Part shown: piece after piece, positions 8,777-18,403 of the stretch
Numbering within the stretch: the stretch's first letter is position 1
How the letters are laid out: each line of letters opens with the position of its first letter
From: Pseudomonadota bacterium
GTDB lineage: Bacteria; Pseudomonadota; Gammaproteobacteria; Steroidobacterales; Rariloculaceae
Direction of reading: 5' to 3'
Assembly (NCBI GenBank): GCA_009843005.1
Contig: VYEH01000327.1
Span: 4,369-34,931 of the forward strand
Length of the DNA: 30,563 nt
Program-made: the position numbers and the translations under genes
Notes under the pieces: model-generated
Databases searched by the model: none
What the model saw: the letters and a program-made list of their open reading frames with translations, nothing else
Told to the model about the DNA's origin: nothing

Positions 8777-10522
8777 ATGAGGCGTCCGATGCGCGGGACC
8801 GCGCTACTGATCCTTGCCTGTTCCATCCTGCCCGCGCTTGCGCAAGTGCGACCGACAACTCCCGTTACGGATGCAATGCTGCAGGACCCAGATCCTGACG
8901 ACTGGCTGATGTGGCGCCGGACGCTCAACCAGTGGGGACACAGTCCGCTGGATCAGATCGATACGGACAATGCCGGCGAACTGGAACTTGTCTGGTCGCG
9001 GCCGCTGCATTCCGGCGTCCAGGAAGGCACGCCGCTCGTATACGACGGGGTCATGTTCTTCCCGAACCCCAGTGACGGTATTCACGCCATGGACGCGGCC
9101 ACGGGTGGTCTGGTCTGGGAGTGCGCCCGTGGCCTGGCGACGGGCCTGAGCGGGGTCTTTCCCGTGCCGGGCATCGACAGGAACCTGGCGATCTACGAGA
9201 ACAAGATCATCAATACCAGCGCGGATGACTATCTTTTCGCGCTGGACATGGCAACGGGCGTGCTGGTCTGGGAACACCTGATCATGGATTACCGGGCCGG
9301 CGCCCAGCACACCTCCGGCCCGATCATCGGTGACGGCAAGATTATTTCCGGGAGAGGGTGCGAGCCCGAGGGCGGTCCCGATGCCTGCGTCATCATGGCG
9401 CACGATGGTTCAAGCGGCGAAGAACTCTGGCGCACACGGACCATTCCCGCCCCCGGCGAGCCCGGTGGGGACTCATGGGGCGATGTCCCCTACGGGGCGC
9501 GCTGGCACGTCGGTACGTGGATGGTGCCGAGCTACGACCCGGAACTGCAGCGCGTGTTTATCGGCACATCCGTCACTTCGCCGGCGCCCAAGTTCATGCT
9601 CGGAGGCAACGATTTCCAGTACCTCTATCACAATTCCACCCTGTCGCTGGACGCCATCACCGGCGAAATCGTCTGGTTCTACCAGCACCTCGTGGATCAC
9701 TGGGACCTGGACCATCCGTTCGAGCGGTTGCTGGTGGACACCGTGGTAGCGCCGGACCCCGACGCGGTCTCCTGGATAAATCCGAATCTGCAGTCCGGCG
9801 AGATTCGCAAGGTAGTCACCGGTATTCCCGGCAAGACCGGCATCGTGTACACGCTCGATCGGGAAACCGGTGAGTTTCTCTGGGCAACTCCGACGGTCGC
9901 ACAGACCGTCGTCGAAAACATCGACGGCGCAACCGGCGCCGTCCGGGTCGCCCCGGACATGCTCTTTACCGGAGCAGAGCAGACACTCTACGTCTGCCCG
10001 ACGCCCAGCGGCGGAAAGAACTGGCCGGCCGGCGCGTACAGCCCGTCCGCAAATACGATGTACATGCCGTTACAGAATACGTGCATGAGCATCCGGTCCA
10101 CGGCCGAAGAACCCAGCCTGGACGAACTCTACGCGATCGACACCATCCGGGAGATCACGCCAGGCGAGGAGAACGTCGGCACGATTCGCGCCATTTCCGC
10201 GGAGACCGGCGTGACGTCCTGGACCTACGACCAACCCGCCGGAGTAGCCTCGCTGATCGTCACGGACGGTGGGCTGGTATTCGCCGGCGACGCGGCCGGC
10301 TGGTTCCGGGCACTGGACCAGATGACGGGCGAGGTGTTGTGGGAGACGGATCTCGGTGCGCAGGTGACAGGCTATCCCGTGACCTATGCCGTGGATGGAA
10401 AGCAGTACGTTGCCGTCAGCACCGGCGGCTCCCTTACTCTGCTGCAGCTCAACCAGCTGGTTTCCGAGGAATTGCGGACGGGCACGGATACCAACCTGTT
10501 TGTCTTCGCGTTACCGGACTGA
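8777..10522 (+). CDS. Periplasmic PQQ-dependent dehydrogenase (alcohol dehydrogenase-like beta-propeller)
   Basis: ATG 8777 behind GGAG. Signal peptide, DWLMWRRT..QWGHSPLDQI, EGTPLVYDGVMF, HWDLDH, GGKNW and PVTYAVDGKQYVAV. No CxxCH domain and no vicinal CC. Confidence 0.9.
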   Translation: MRRPMRGTALLILACSILPALAQVRPTTPVTDAMLQDPDPDDWLMWRRTLNQWGHSPLDQIDTDNAGELELVWSRPLHSGVQEGTPLVYDGVMFFPNPSDGIHAMDAATGGLVWECARGLATGLSGVFPVPGIDRNLAIYENKIINTSADDYLFALDMATGVLVWEHLIMDYRAGAQHTSGPIIGDGKIISGRGCEPEGGPDACVIMAHDGSSGEELWRTRTIPAPGEPGGDSWGDVPYGARWHVGTWMVPSYDPELQRVFIGTSVTSPAPKFMLGGNDFQYLYHNSTLSLDAITGEIVWFYQHLVDHWDLDHPFERLLVDTVVAPDPDAVSWINPNLQSGEIRKVVTGIPGKTGIVYTLDRETGEFLWATPTVAQTVVENIDGATGAVRVAPDMLFTGAEQTLYVCPTPSGGKNWPAGAYSPSANTMYMPLQNTCMSIRSTAEEPSLDELYAIDTIREITPGEENVGTIRAISAETGVTSWTYDQPAGVASLIVTDGGLVFAGDAAGWFRALDQMTGEVLWETDLGAQVTGYPVTYAVDGKQYVAVSTGGSLTLLQLNQLVSEELRTGTDTNLFVFALPD

Positions 10523-10567
10523 TCGAAGGATTGCGCACCACTGCCATCAACGAGCGGGAAACCGGCC

Positions 10568-11629
10568 GTGCTTGAATTCGTTTTCAGCATTTCGCCGATG
10601 CGGGTGTTGTTCGGCGCGGGAAGCCGGCATCGGCTCGAAGAGGAATTGAACAGTCTGGGCGTGGGTCGCGCGTTGCTTGTCGCGGATCCGGCGCACCAAC
10701 GATTGGCGCGGGAATTGGCCGCGCAACTGGGCGCGCGGTGCGTCGGGATCTTTGATGGCGTCGTTCAGCACGTTCCGATCGAGGTCGCCGAAGCGGGCAG
10801 GGCAAAGGTGCGGGAGTTGCAGGCGGACTGCTGCGTCACGATAGGCGGCGGATCGGCCACCGGCCTCGGCAAGGCCATCGCCATGGAGATTGCCCTGCCG
10901 CTTGTGGCCGTGCCCACTACCTATGCCGGCTCCGAAATGACGCCCATCTGGGGGCTCACCGAAGGTGGTCTCAAGCGCACCGGAAGGGATCCCCGGGTGC
11001 AGCCCAGGGTCACGCTCTACGACCCGGAACTGACGGTTACCCTGCCGCCCGCCGTGGCCGGACCCAGTGGCATGAATGCAATCGCACACTGCGTCGAGGC
11101 GCTTTATGCGCAAAACGCCAACCCGATCATGTCGCTGCTGGCAGAGGAGGGCGTGCGCGCGCTGGCCGAGGCGCTGCCGCAGGTCATGGCAGCGCCGGAC
11201 GATCTGGACAACCATGGCAAGGCGCTGTACGGCGCCTGGCTGGCAGGTGTCGTGCTGGGGTCGGTGGGCATGGCGTTGCACCACAAGTTGTGCCACGTGC
11301 TCGGGGGTACCTTCAATACGTCCCACGCGGATACCCACGCACTCATTCTTCCCTATGCCAGCGCCTACAACATGGAGGCAGCGCCGGATGCGAAACGACG
11401 GCTGACGGCGGCGTTGGGAACGTCGCAGGTCGCTCCTGCCCTGCGCGAGCTTTCGCTGTCGGTCGGGGCTCCGGCGACGCTGAAGGAACTGGGCTTGAGC
11501 ACTGCTGACTTGAAGACCGCTGCCGAACTGGCGACCCGGGCGCCCTACTACAATCCCCGGGAGGTGACGCGCGATGGCGTACATCAACTCCTTCTCGATG
11601 CTTACCACGGCGAGATGCCCGAGGCGTAG
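10568..11629 (+). CDS. hapF: Maleylacetate reductase (Fe-ADH superfamily)
   Basis: RVLFGAGS, GGGSATGLGKAIA, PTTYAGSEMTP, NAIAH and ALHHKLCHVLGG are typical of maleylacetate reductases. Sits next to a ring-cleavage dioxygenase. Confidence 0.9.
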   Translation: MLEFVFSISPMRVLFGAGSRHRLEEELNSLGVGRALLVADPAHQRLARELAAQLGARCVGIFDGVVQHVPIEVAEAGRAKVRELQADCCVTIGGGSATGLGKAIAMEIALPLVAVPTTYAGSEMTPIWGLTEGGLKRTGRDPRVQPRVTLYDPELTVTLPPAVAGPSGMNAIAHCVEALYAQNANPIMSLLAEEGVRALAEALPQVMAAPDDLDNHGKALYGAWLAGVVLGSVGMALHHKLCHVLGGTFNTSHADTHALILPYASAYNMEAAPDAKRRLTAALGTSQVAPALRELSLSVGAPATLKELGLSTADLKTAAELATRAPYYNPREVTRDGVHQLLLDAYHGEMPEA

Positions 11630-11702
11630 CCAACCGAAGGAACGGCGAACCGGTTCCGCTACGCGATACAATTTGACGACAACTCACAGGGAGTGATTTC
11701 CG

Positions 11703-12593
11703 ATGCAAGATTTCACCGAAGACAACCTTACTCAAGTCGTCTGCGAAGAATACGGATCCAAAACGACTGACGAACGCCTGCGCGTGGTCGTAACGAGCCT
11801 GATCCAGCACCTTCACGCCTTCATCAAGGACGTCGAGCTGACCGAGGCGGAGTGGTACAGGGCGGTGGAATTTCTTACGGCTACCGGCCAGGTATGCAAC
11901 GAAGAGCGCCAGGAATTCGTGTTGCTTTCGGACGTCCTGGGCGTCTCCATGCTGGTGGATGCGATCAACAACCGCCGTTCCGGTCTGGGCACGGAGAACA
12001 CCGTGCTCGGGCCGTTTCATGTATCCGGCGCGCCTGAGCTGCCCATGGGCGCCAACATCATGCTCAAGGACATCGGCGGCACGCCGGCCTTTGTGCAGGG
12101 GCGGATCACCGACCAGGACGGCACCCCGCTGGAGGGGGCCGTGCTGGATGTCTGGCAGGCCTCCCTGCGCGGTTTCTATGACGTGCAGGACCCTGAAGTG
12201 CCCCAGTGGAACCTGCGCGGCAAGTTCACCACCGGCGCCGATGGCCGGTACTGGTTCGCCACGGAACTGCCCGGGCCATACCCCATTCCCCCCGACGGTC
12301 GGGTTGGAGAACTGTTGCGGGCCTGCGGACGTCACCCGATGCGTCCCGGCCACCTGCATTTCATCATCACCGCAGAGGGCCACGACCGGCTGACGACCCA
12401 TATTTTCACGGCGGGTGACGAGTATCTGGAGTCCGACTCGGTCTTCGGTACCAAGAGTTCCCTGGTCGGGGAGTACGAAACCTGTCATGACGAGGAAATG
12501 GCAAGGAAATACGGGTTGAGCGTGCCGTTCCAGATGCTGGATTTCGATTTTGGCCTGATGCGTTCGGTGGCGGAGGAACCGGTAGCGGCCTGA
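11703..12593 (+). CDS. Intradiol ring-cleavage dioxygenase, hydroxyquinol 1,2-dioxygenase-like
   Basis: N-terminal dimerisation region LIQHLHAFIKDVELT, EFVLLSDVLG, GPFH, Fe(III) ligand motifs FYDVQ, PYPIP and RPGHLHF, and DSVFG. Confidence 0.9.
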   Translation: MQDFTEDNLTQVVCEEYGSKTTDERLRVVVTSLIQHLHAFIKDVELTEAEWYRAVEFLTATGQVCNEERQEFVLLSDVLGVSMLVDAINNRRSGLGTENTVLGPFHVSGAPELPMGANIMLKDIGGTPAFVQGRITDQDGTPLEGAVLDVWQASLRGFYDVQDPEVPQWNLRGKFTTGADGRYWFATELPGPYPIPPDGRVGELLRACGRHPMRPGHLHFIITAEGHDRLTTHIFTAGDEYLESDSVFGTKSSLVGEYETCHDEEMARKYGLSVPFQMLDFDFGLMRSVAEEPVAA

Positions 12594-12594
12594 C

Positions 12595-14352
12595 CTACGA
12601 CCGCTTGCGTGGCGTCCGTTCGGTTTCTTCCAGCACGGCCAGCAGCCGGCTGATCATCGTGCCGCCCAGGTCTTCGGGGCGTTGCAGCTCAATGGCCCTG
12701 CTGTAATAGCGCGTGACATCGTGGCCGATACCGATCGCCAGCAGTTGTACCGGAGAAGCAGCCTCGATCCAGTCGATCACCGCGTGCAGGTGCCGTTCCA
12801 GGTATTCGTTGTCATTGGCGGCCATGGTGGAATCGTCCACCGGCGCACCGTCGGAAATGACCATGAGTATGCGGCGCGGCTCCGGCCGCACCAGGAGCCG
12901 TTGATGGGCCCAGAGCAGCGCCTCGCCGTCGATATTCTCCTTCAGCAGGTCCTCGCCCAGCATCAGCCCAAGGTTCTGCCTGGCCCGGCGCCACGGGACC
13001 TCGGCGCGCTTGTAGATGATGTGGCGCAGTTCATTCAGGCGTCCCGGTTGCTCCGGCCGACCTGCCGCCAACCAGTTGTTTCGCGCCCGCCCGCCGCGCC
13101 ATTTCCGGGTCGTGAAACCGAGGATCTCCGACTTGACCCCGCAGCGTTCCAGCGTCTTGCCGAGAATTTCGGCGCACACCGCCGCCATGGTGATGGGTTC
13201 GCCGCGCATGGATCCGGAGTTGTCGATCAGCAGCGTCACTGCCGTATCGATGAACCGGGTTTCGGTCTCCTGTTTGTAGGCGAGTGATTCCAGCGGATTG
13301 ACGATGACCCGGGTCAGCCGGCTGGCATCCAGCAGGCCCTCCTCGAGATCGAACTGCCATTCGCGCGACTGGCGGGCCATCAGGTACCGTTGCAGGCGAT
13401 GTGCCTGACGGGTAACCGCATAGAGTTCGCCCGGGATGTTGGTATCCAGTTGCTGCCGCAGCATTGCCAGCCGCCCCGGATCGCACAGATCACCCGCGTC
13501 AACGACTTCATCGAATTCCGTGGTATGAATACGGTACCGCGCAGTATCGCCAGCTTCATCCGGCGGCAGGGATTTCTCAACCACCTGCCGTTTCTTTCGC
13601 ACGAGATCGCCGCGTGTCGGGTCCCACCGCGGTACGTCGTCCGCACGGATGCGCCTGGTTGCGGGGTCTTCGCTCGCCTGTTCAAGCCGGCTGGACTCTC
13701 CGCGACTGAATTGCGGTTCGCCGGTGGAGAGCTTGAGCGCTCCAATGAGTCCGGTGGCTCGAGCCGCGAAGGCCGCTTGATCGTGACGTACTGAGGCGAG
13801 CGCCTCGATGTGTTCGACGACATGCGGCTTCATCCAGTCCGGATAACCCTGTTCCAGTACGTTGGCTGCGGCGTGCGGCAAGGGTGCGCCGAGGCGGTGT
13901 CTGGCGACGAGTACAACAGCTTCGATACGGTTGTCGCGCAGCGATTCCTGGAGCCGGTGAATGCCCGCGTCGCGTATACGCCAGTCCTGCAGCGCACGAA
14001 TGTTTTCGGTAACGCCTGCCATATGCAGGCTGCCCTCAGCCTCCACCCGGCATTGCTCCAGCATGGAAAAGAGCTTGCCGGCCATTTTCCCGGCGGGCTT
14101 GGCGGATTCGTGAAGCAGGGCGTCGCTATGACCCGACCGAAGCGCCAGTGCGTCCAGACGGCCTCGGAACAGGCTGTAAGGCTCCTGAGGAGCCTCGTCG
14201 CCGGGCGCCGGCAAGCTGACTGTGGAGCCGCTGACGCGCAGCCGCTTGCCCCGGAGGACGACATGCATCGAGTAGTCCCTGCCCAGCGCCCGAAGCGCCG
14301 CCGCCGACACCTGTTCGACGAGGCTGTTGACTACAACGGACTGTTCAGTCAC
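12595..14352 (-). CDS. cobT: CobT-like vWA-domain protein (cobaltochelatase CobT family)
   Basis: GTG start overlapping the cobS stop. [20 protein letters not shown] motif [38 protein letters not shown] and [11 protein letters not shown]. Confidence 0.88.
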   Translation of the reverse strand: MTEQSVVVNSLVEQVSAAALRALGRDYSMHVVLRGKRLRVSGSTVSLPAPGDEAPQEPYSLFRGRLDALALRSGHSDALLHESAKPAGKMAGKLFSMLEQCRVEAEGSLHMAGVTENIRALQDWRIRDAGIHRLQESLRDNRIEAVVLVARHRLGAPLPHAAANVLEQGYPDWMKPHVVEHIEALASVRHDQAAFAARATGLIGALKLSTGEPQFSRGESSRLEQASEDPATRRIRADDVPRWDPTRGDLVRKKRQVVEKSLPPDEAGDTARYRIHTTEFDEVVDAGDLCDPGRLAMLRQQLDTNIPGELYAVTRQAHRLQRYLMARQSREWQFDLEEGLLDASRLTRVIVNPLESLAYKQETETRFIDTAVTLLIDNSGSMRGEPITMAAVCAEILGKTLERCGVKSEILGFTTRKWRGGRARNNWLAAGRPEQPGRLNELRHIIYKRAEVPWRRARQNLGLMLGEDLLKENIDGEALLWAHQRLLVRPEPRRILMVISDGAPVDDSTMAANDNEYLERHLHAVIDWIEAASPVQLLAIGIGHDVTRYYSRAIELQRPEDLGGTMISRLLAVLEETERTPRKRS

Positions 14353-15349
14353 CGGGAGTGAGCAGGGCGACGGATGGGGCGAGCTCTACTCCGAAACAGC
14401 GCTGGTAATACTCAGCCACCGTGGGTTGTTCTGCCTCGTCGCACTTGTTCAGAAAGGTCAGGCAGAACGCGCGCTCGGTCTCCCTGAAGATTTCCGCATT
14501 TTCCGCCCAGTTGATGACGGTTCTCGGCGACATGACGGTGGACAGGTCGCCCGCGATGAATCCCTGGCGTGTAAGGTTTGCCAACGCCACCATCTGGCCC
14601 ACTGTTTGCTGCCTGTCCGCGCTGGCGTACGAAGGAACGCGAGCCGTAACAATGGCCGCCTCGGCATCGGAATCCAGGTAATTCAGGGTGACGACGATGT
14701 TCCAGCGGTCCAACTGCCCCTGATTGATCGGCTGTGTACCCTGATAGAGCCCGGTGGCATCACCCAAACCAATGGTGTTGGCCGTCGCAAACAGACGGAA
14801 CCACGGGTGTGGATGAATCACCCGGCTCTGGTCCAGCAGGGTGAGCTTGCCTTCCACTTCAAGGACCCGGTGGATGACGAACATGACATCGGGTCGTCCG
14901 GCGTCGTATTCGTCGAAAATCAGGGCCACGGGGCGCTGCAGCGCCCAGGGGACGATGCCTTCGCGAAATTCCGTCACCTGCTTGCCGTCCCTGATGGCGA
15001 TGGCGTCCTTGCCGATCAGGTCCAGGCGGCTGACGTGGCTGTCCAGGTTGACCCGCACGCAGGGCCAGTTCAGCCGTGCGGCCACCTGTTCCACGTGGGT
15101 GGATTTTCCTGTGCCGTGATAGCCCTGGACCAGCACCCGCCGGTTGTGAACGAATCCGGCCAGCAGGGCCAGGGTCGTATCCCGGTCGAAGCAGTAGGCG
15201 GTGTCCACATCCGGCACGTGTTCGTCGGCGCGGCTGAACGCGGGGACCTCAAGGTCGCTGTCGATCCCGAAGGTTTCGCGCACGGATACCGTGGTATCCG
15301 GCCGATCCGACAGCGGTACGACGGGGATTTGCGGCGCTTTCGAACTCAT
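14345..15349 (-). CDS. cobS: CobS-like AAA+ ATPase (cobaltochelatase CobS family)
   Basis: Walker [29 protein letters not shown], Walker [23 protein letters not shown] and [11 protein letters not shown]. Confidence 0.92.
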   Translation of the reverse strand: MSSKAPQIPVVPLSDRPDTTVSVRETFGIDSDLEVPAFSRADEHVPDVDTAYCFDRDTTLALLAGFVHNRRVLVQGYHGTGKSTHVEQVAARLNWPCVRVNLDSHVSRLDLIGKDAIAIRDGKQVTEFREGIVPWALQRPVALIFDEYDAGRPDVMFVIHRVLEVEGKLTLLDQSRVIHPHPWFRLFATANTIGLGDATGLYQGTQPINQGQLDRWNIVVTLNYLDSDAEAAIVTARVPSYASADRQQTVGQMVALANLTRQGFIAGDLSTVMSPRTVINWAENAEIFRETERAFCLTFLNKCDEAEQPTVAEYYQRCFGVELAPSVALLTPGD

Positions 15350-15738
15350 GGTTTCGTACTCGGCGAACCACCTATGATGACCGAATTGCCCGCGACTTCA
15401 ACCGGCACGGCGTCCAGATGGCCTCCCTTGACCGGTCCGTCGACGCAGAATCCGTCCTCAAAGCGGAATATCGCGCTGTGGTGGGAACACATGACCCGGC
15501 CCGGGCCGCTGATCAGGAACTTCTCCGGCAGGAAATTGAGCGGCAGCCAGAAATGGGGGCACACGTTGACGTAACCCCAGGCGTTCCGGCCTGTCCGGAA
15601 CACCACCATGCGAAATTGGTCCGGCCCCTCACCGAACTTGAATTCCTTTCCCGCACCGTCCTGGATCTGGTCGAGTCGGCACAAACGCGTTCCGGGTTCC
15701 GGAGCGTTCAAGTGCTCATGCCAATACCTGGGCTGCAT
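15346..15738 (-). CDS. Small Rieske [2Fe-2S] ferredoxin
   Basis: CPH and CSHH Rieske motifs, plus F..EDG.CVDGP. The stop overlaps the cobS start (ATGA). Confidence 0.9.
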   Translation of the reverse strand: MQPRYWHEHLNAPEPGTRLCRLDQIQDGAGKEFKFGEGPDQFRMVVFRTGRNAWGYVNVCPHFWLPLNFLPEKFLISGPGRVMCSHHSAIFRFEDGFCVDGPVKGGHLDAVPVEVAGNSVIIGGSPSTKP

Positions 15739-15794
15739 GCCTTACTCGCAGTCGTGTGGCCCTGAACACGTGGCGGCCTGTATCGATCAGGCCA

Positions 15795-17264
15795 TTAACG
15801 CTCGTAGTAGGGGGGGATCTTCGCGTCGACGTTGACCCAGACGGATTTTGCGTCCGTGTACTCGTGCATGGCTTCGAAACCCATCTCGCGGCCGTAGCCG
15901 GAACTGCCGACACCGCCGAATGGTGAACCGGGATTCACCCGCTTGTAGCAATTGACCCAGACCATGCCCGAGCGCATCGCCCCCGCCACCTTGTGGGCCC
16001 GCGACAGGTCCCGGCTCCACAGGCCGCCGCCCAGGCCGTACTCCGTGGAGTTGGCCAGTTCGATGACCTCATCGTCGGATGAGAAAGTGTTCACCGAAAC
16101 GAATGGCCCGAAGACTTCTTCCTGGCAGACTCTGTCCTCGGGTTGTGCCTTTACGACCGTAGGTTCGACGTAGTTGCCCCTGGCGAGCTCGGGGTTGTCG
16201 GGACGCTTGCCGCCGATAAGAATCTCGCCACCCTCCTGATAGGTGATGTCGCAGTAGCTGAGGACGGCTTTCTGCTGTGTCGCGGACGTCAGCGGTCCCA
16301 TCTCGGTTGCCGGATCCAGCGGATTGCCCAGACGGATGGACTTCGCCAGAGCAAGGAAACCGTCGAGGAATTCATCCGCGATGCGCTCGTGCAGCAGCAA
16401 GCGCGAGCCGGCGATACAGGCCTGTCCCTGATTGTGGAAGATCGCGAAGGCACTCCCGTTGATCGCGGCCGGCAGGAAGGCATCTTCGAATACGATGTTC
16501 GCGCCCTTGCCGCCGAGTTCCAGTTGCACGCGTTTGAGGTTGCCGGCAGAGTAGTTGACGATCTGCCGCCCCACGCTGGTGGAGCCGGTAAACGCGATCT
16601 TCTGAACGTCGGGGTGCTCGGCGAGATGCTGGCCCGCCGTGCGTCCCGACGCGGGTACGATGTTCACGACCCCCGGCGGAAATCCAGCTTCCGCCATGAG
16701 TTCGCCGATCTTCAGTGCTGTCAGCGGCGTGACCTGCGCGGGCTTGATGACCACCGTGTTGCCCGCGGCGAGCGCCGGTCCCATCTTCCAGCTGGTGAAC
16801 ATGAGCGGAAAGTTCCAGGGAATGATCTGACCCACCACACCCACAGGCTCGCGCGTGACATAGTTCAGGAACCCGGGCTCCACCGGTACGACGCTGCCCC
16901 GGACCTTGTCTGCCATCCCCCCGAAGTAACGGTAAGTGAACGACGTTCGCGGAACGTCCAGACCCGTAGTGTCGCGGATCGGGTGGCCGGTATCGAGGGA
17001 TTCGATTTGAGCCAGTTCTTCGGCATTGTCCTCGACCAGATCGGCCAGTCTGAGCAGCAGCCGGCCTCGTTCGGCGGCCTGCATGTCCCGCCAGGCGGGA
17101 AAGGCGCGTTTCGCCGCGGCTACGGCCCTGTCGATATCCGCCACCTGGGCCATGGCCACTGGCGTGATTTCGGAGTTGTCGTGGGGATTGAGAACGGAGG
17201 AGGTGGACCCGTCTTCGGCGTCGACGAATTCACCGTCAATGAACAGTTTTGATTGAAGTGTCAT
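15795..17264 (-). CDS. hapE: 4-hydroxymuconic semialdehyde dehydrogenase (aldehyde dehydrogenase family)
   Basis: PWNFPL, FTGST, LELGGKG (catalytic Glu), FHNQGQACIAGSRL (catalytic Cys) and EEVFGP. Directly follows the hydroquinone dioxygenase genes. Start moved to 17264. Confidence 0.85.
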   Translation of the reverse strand: MTLQSKLFIDGEFVDAEDGSTSSVLNPHDNSEITPVAMAQVADIDRAVAAAKRAFPAWRDMQAAERGRLLLRLADLVEDNAEELAQIESLDTGHPIRDTTGLDVPRTSFTYRYFGGMADKVRGSVVPVEPGFLNYVTREPVGVVGQIIPWNFPLMFTSWKMGPALAAGNTVVIKPAQVTPLTALKIGELMAEAGFPPGVVNIVPASGRTAGQHLAEHPDVQKIAFTGSTSVGRQIVNYSAGNLKRVQLELGGKGANIVFEDAFLPAAINGSAFAIFHNQGQACIAGSRLLLHERIADEFLDGFLALAKSIRLGNPLDPATEMGPLTSATQQKAVLSYCDITYQEGGEILIGGKRPDNPELARGNYVEPTVVKAQPEDRVCQEEVFGPFVSVNTFSSDDEVIELANSTEYGLGGGLWSRDLSRAHKVAGAMRSGMVWVNCYKRVNPGSPFGGVGSSGYGREMGFEAMHEYTDAKSVWVNVDAKIPPYYER

Positions 17265-17342
17265 GCCCGAGTTTCGCTGTTTGCCCCGCAAAAATCGGCG
17301 GCAATTATACTGCGCGGGTCAGGTCGAAAAAGAAGTCAGGTA

Positions 17343-18347
17343 TCAGAACTCGCCGGACAGGTTGACCGGCAATTCGCCCCGCTCATACATGGCGGGCAGT
17401 TCAGGGTTGCCGTTTTCCCAGACCAGCAACATCGAGCGCTTCTTGGAGAAGCCCTGGTGACGGATGTCGGCGGGCATGATGGCGACGTCGCCCGCCTTCA
17501 TGATGACCTTGGCCCGCGGCCTGCCGGTTTCCTTGTCCTCGATCTCCCAATCGATCTGGTCGCTGAGCTGCACGAACCATTCCATGCGGTCGTTGCCGTG
17601 CTTGATCGGCAGGATGTACTCCTCGGTCGTCGGGCAGAAAAGGCTCTGCTTCACCACGGAACTTACCGAAGGGTTCCATGTGACATCGGAGCGCGAAAGG
17701 TAGCCGAACAGGTTGTGGGCATGCACTTCGTCTGCGAAGCCAGGTTCGGGGTAAACCTCGGGCTGGTCCGGGGGCGCCGCGGGAAAGGCGCGGTGGCCGG
17801 GCCGGCGATTGTCATCGGTGCGCAGCGGTGCATCGCCCGGCAGGCCCGGCATGCGACGGCAGACTTCCCGTTCCCGGTCGACAGCCTCATTGTTGTCACC
17901 GTTCTTCTTTCCGATCCACCCGGTGCCGGTCTCGTCAGGCGAGGCGAAGGGATCGTAGCCGTCATTGGTCCAGTCGCGCAGCAGTGTCCTGAATGTTTCC
18001 ATTGCCAGCGGAGTCTCGAAAATTTCTTCGTAGTCTAGGCCCTGATCGCGATAGGAGGGGTTGTAGCGCCCCGCAAAGAACTTGACGCGGCCGTAGAGTT
18101 GCTGCGTGCCGAACACTGCATCGAAGTTGATCCAGCCGTAGAAGAAGCCCCACGCCACGGCGCGCATCACCGCGCGCAGGAACGCGTCTGCCGACATGGT
18201 ATGCGAGAGTTTCTGACCTTTGGCAGTCCAGGTGATGTAGGCGAAGTACTCGTCGCGGGCGAAGGAAAAGCCGCCGATCTCAAAGCTTCTGTAGCCGGTT
18301 TCGTTGCTGGCGGGCGATGCGCCGATCTCGATTGCGGTAGCGGCCAT
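17343..18347 (-). CDS. hapD: Hydroquinone 1,2-dioxygenase large (catalytic cupin) subunit
   Basis: RDEYFA, VAWGFFYGW, YLSRSDVTWNPSV, LFCPTTEE, HGNDRMEWF and ADIRHQG (His/Glu/His Fe(II) ligands) match the HapD/PnpD/HqdB family. Confidence 0.93.
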   Translation of the reverse strand: MAATAIEIGASPASNETGYRSFEIGGFSFARDEYFAYITWTAKGQKLSHTMSADAFLRAVMRAVAWGFFYGWINFDAVFGTQQLYGRVKFFAGRYNPSYRDQGLDYEEIFETPLAMETFRTLLRDWTNDGYDPFASPDETGTGWIGKKNGDNNEAVDREREVCRRMPGLPGDAPLRTDDNRRPGHRAFPAAPPDQPEVYPEPGFADEVHAHNLFGYLSRSDVTWNPSVSSVVKQSLFCPTTEEYILPIKHGNDRMEWFVQLSDQIDWEIEDKETGRPRAKVIMKAGDVAIMPADIRHQGFSKKRSMLLVWENGNPELPAMYERGELPVNLSGEF

Positions 18348-18403
18348 TGTTCATGTTCTCCGAAAGTGTTTGTTCCTGATTGGCTTTCTATATGTGGTTC
18401 GGT

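Noticed and set aside
9075-9180. Diversity-generating retroelement as the cause of A-biased changes
   Set aside because: No reverse transcriptase, no template/variable repeat pair, and the tract lies inside a PQQ propeller rather than a C-terminal ligand-binding domain.
12595-15349. Evidence for cobalamin biosynthesis
   Set aside because: No cobN or any other cob/cbi gene is in the window, and CobST homologues alone do not establish B12 synthesis.
17304-17309. Perfect TATAAT on the - strand upstream of hapE (internal promoter)
   Set aside because: No plausible -35 at 16-18 nt spacing, and a hexamer alone is insufficient.
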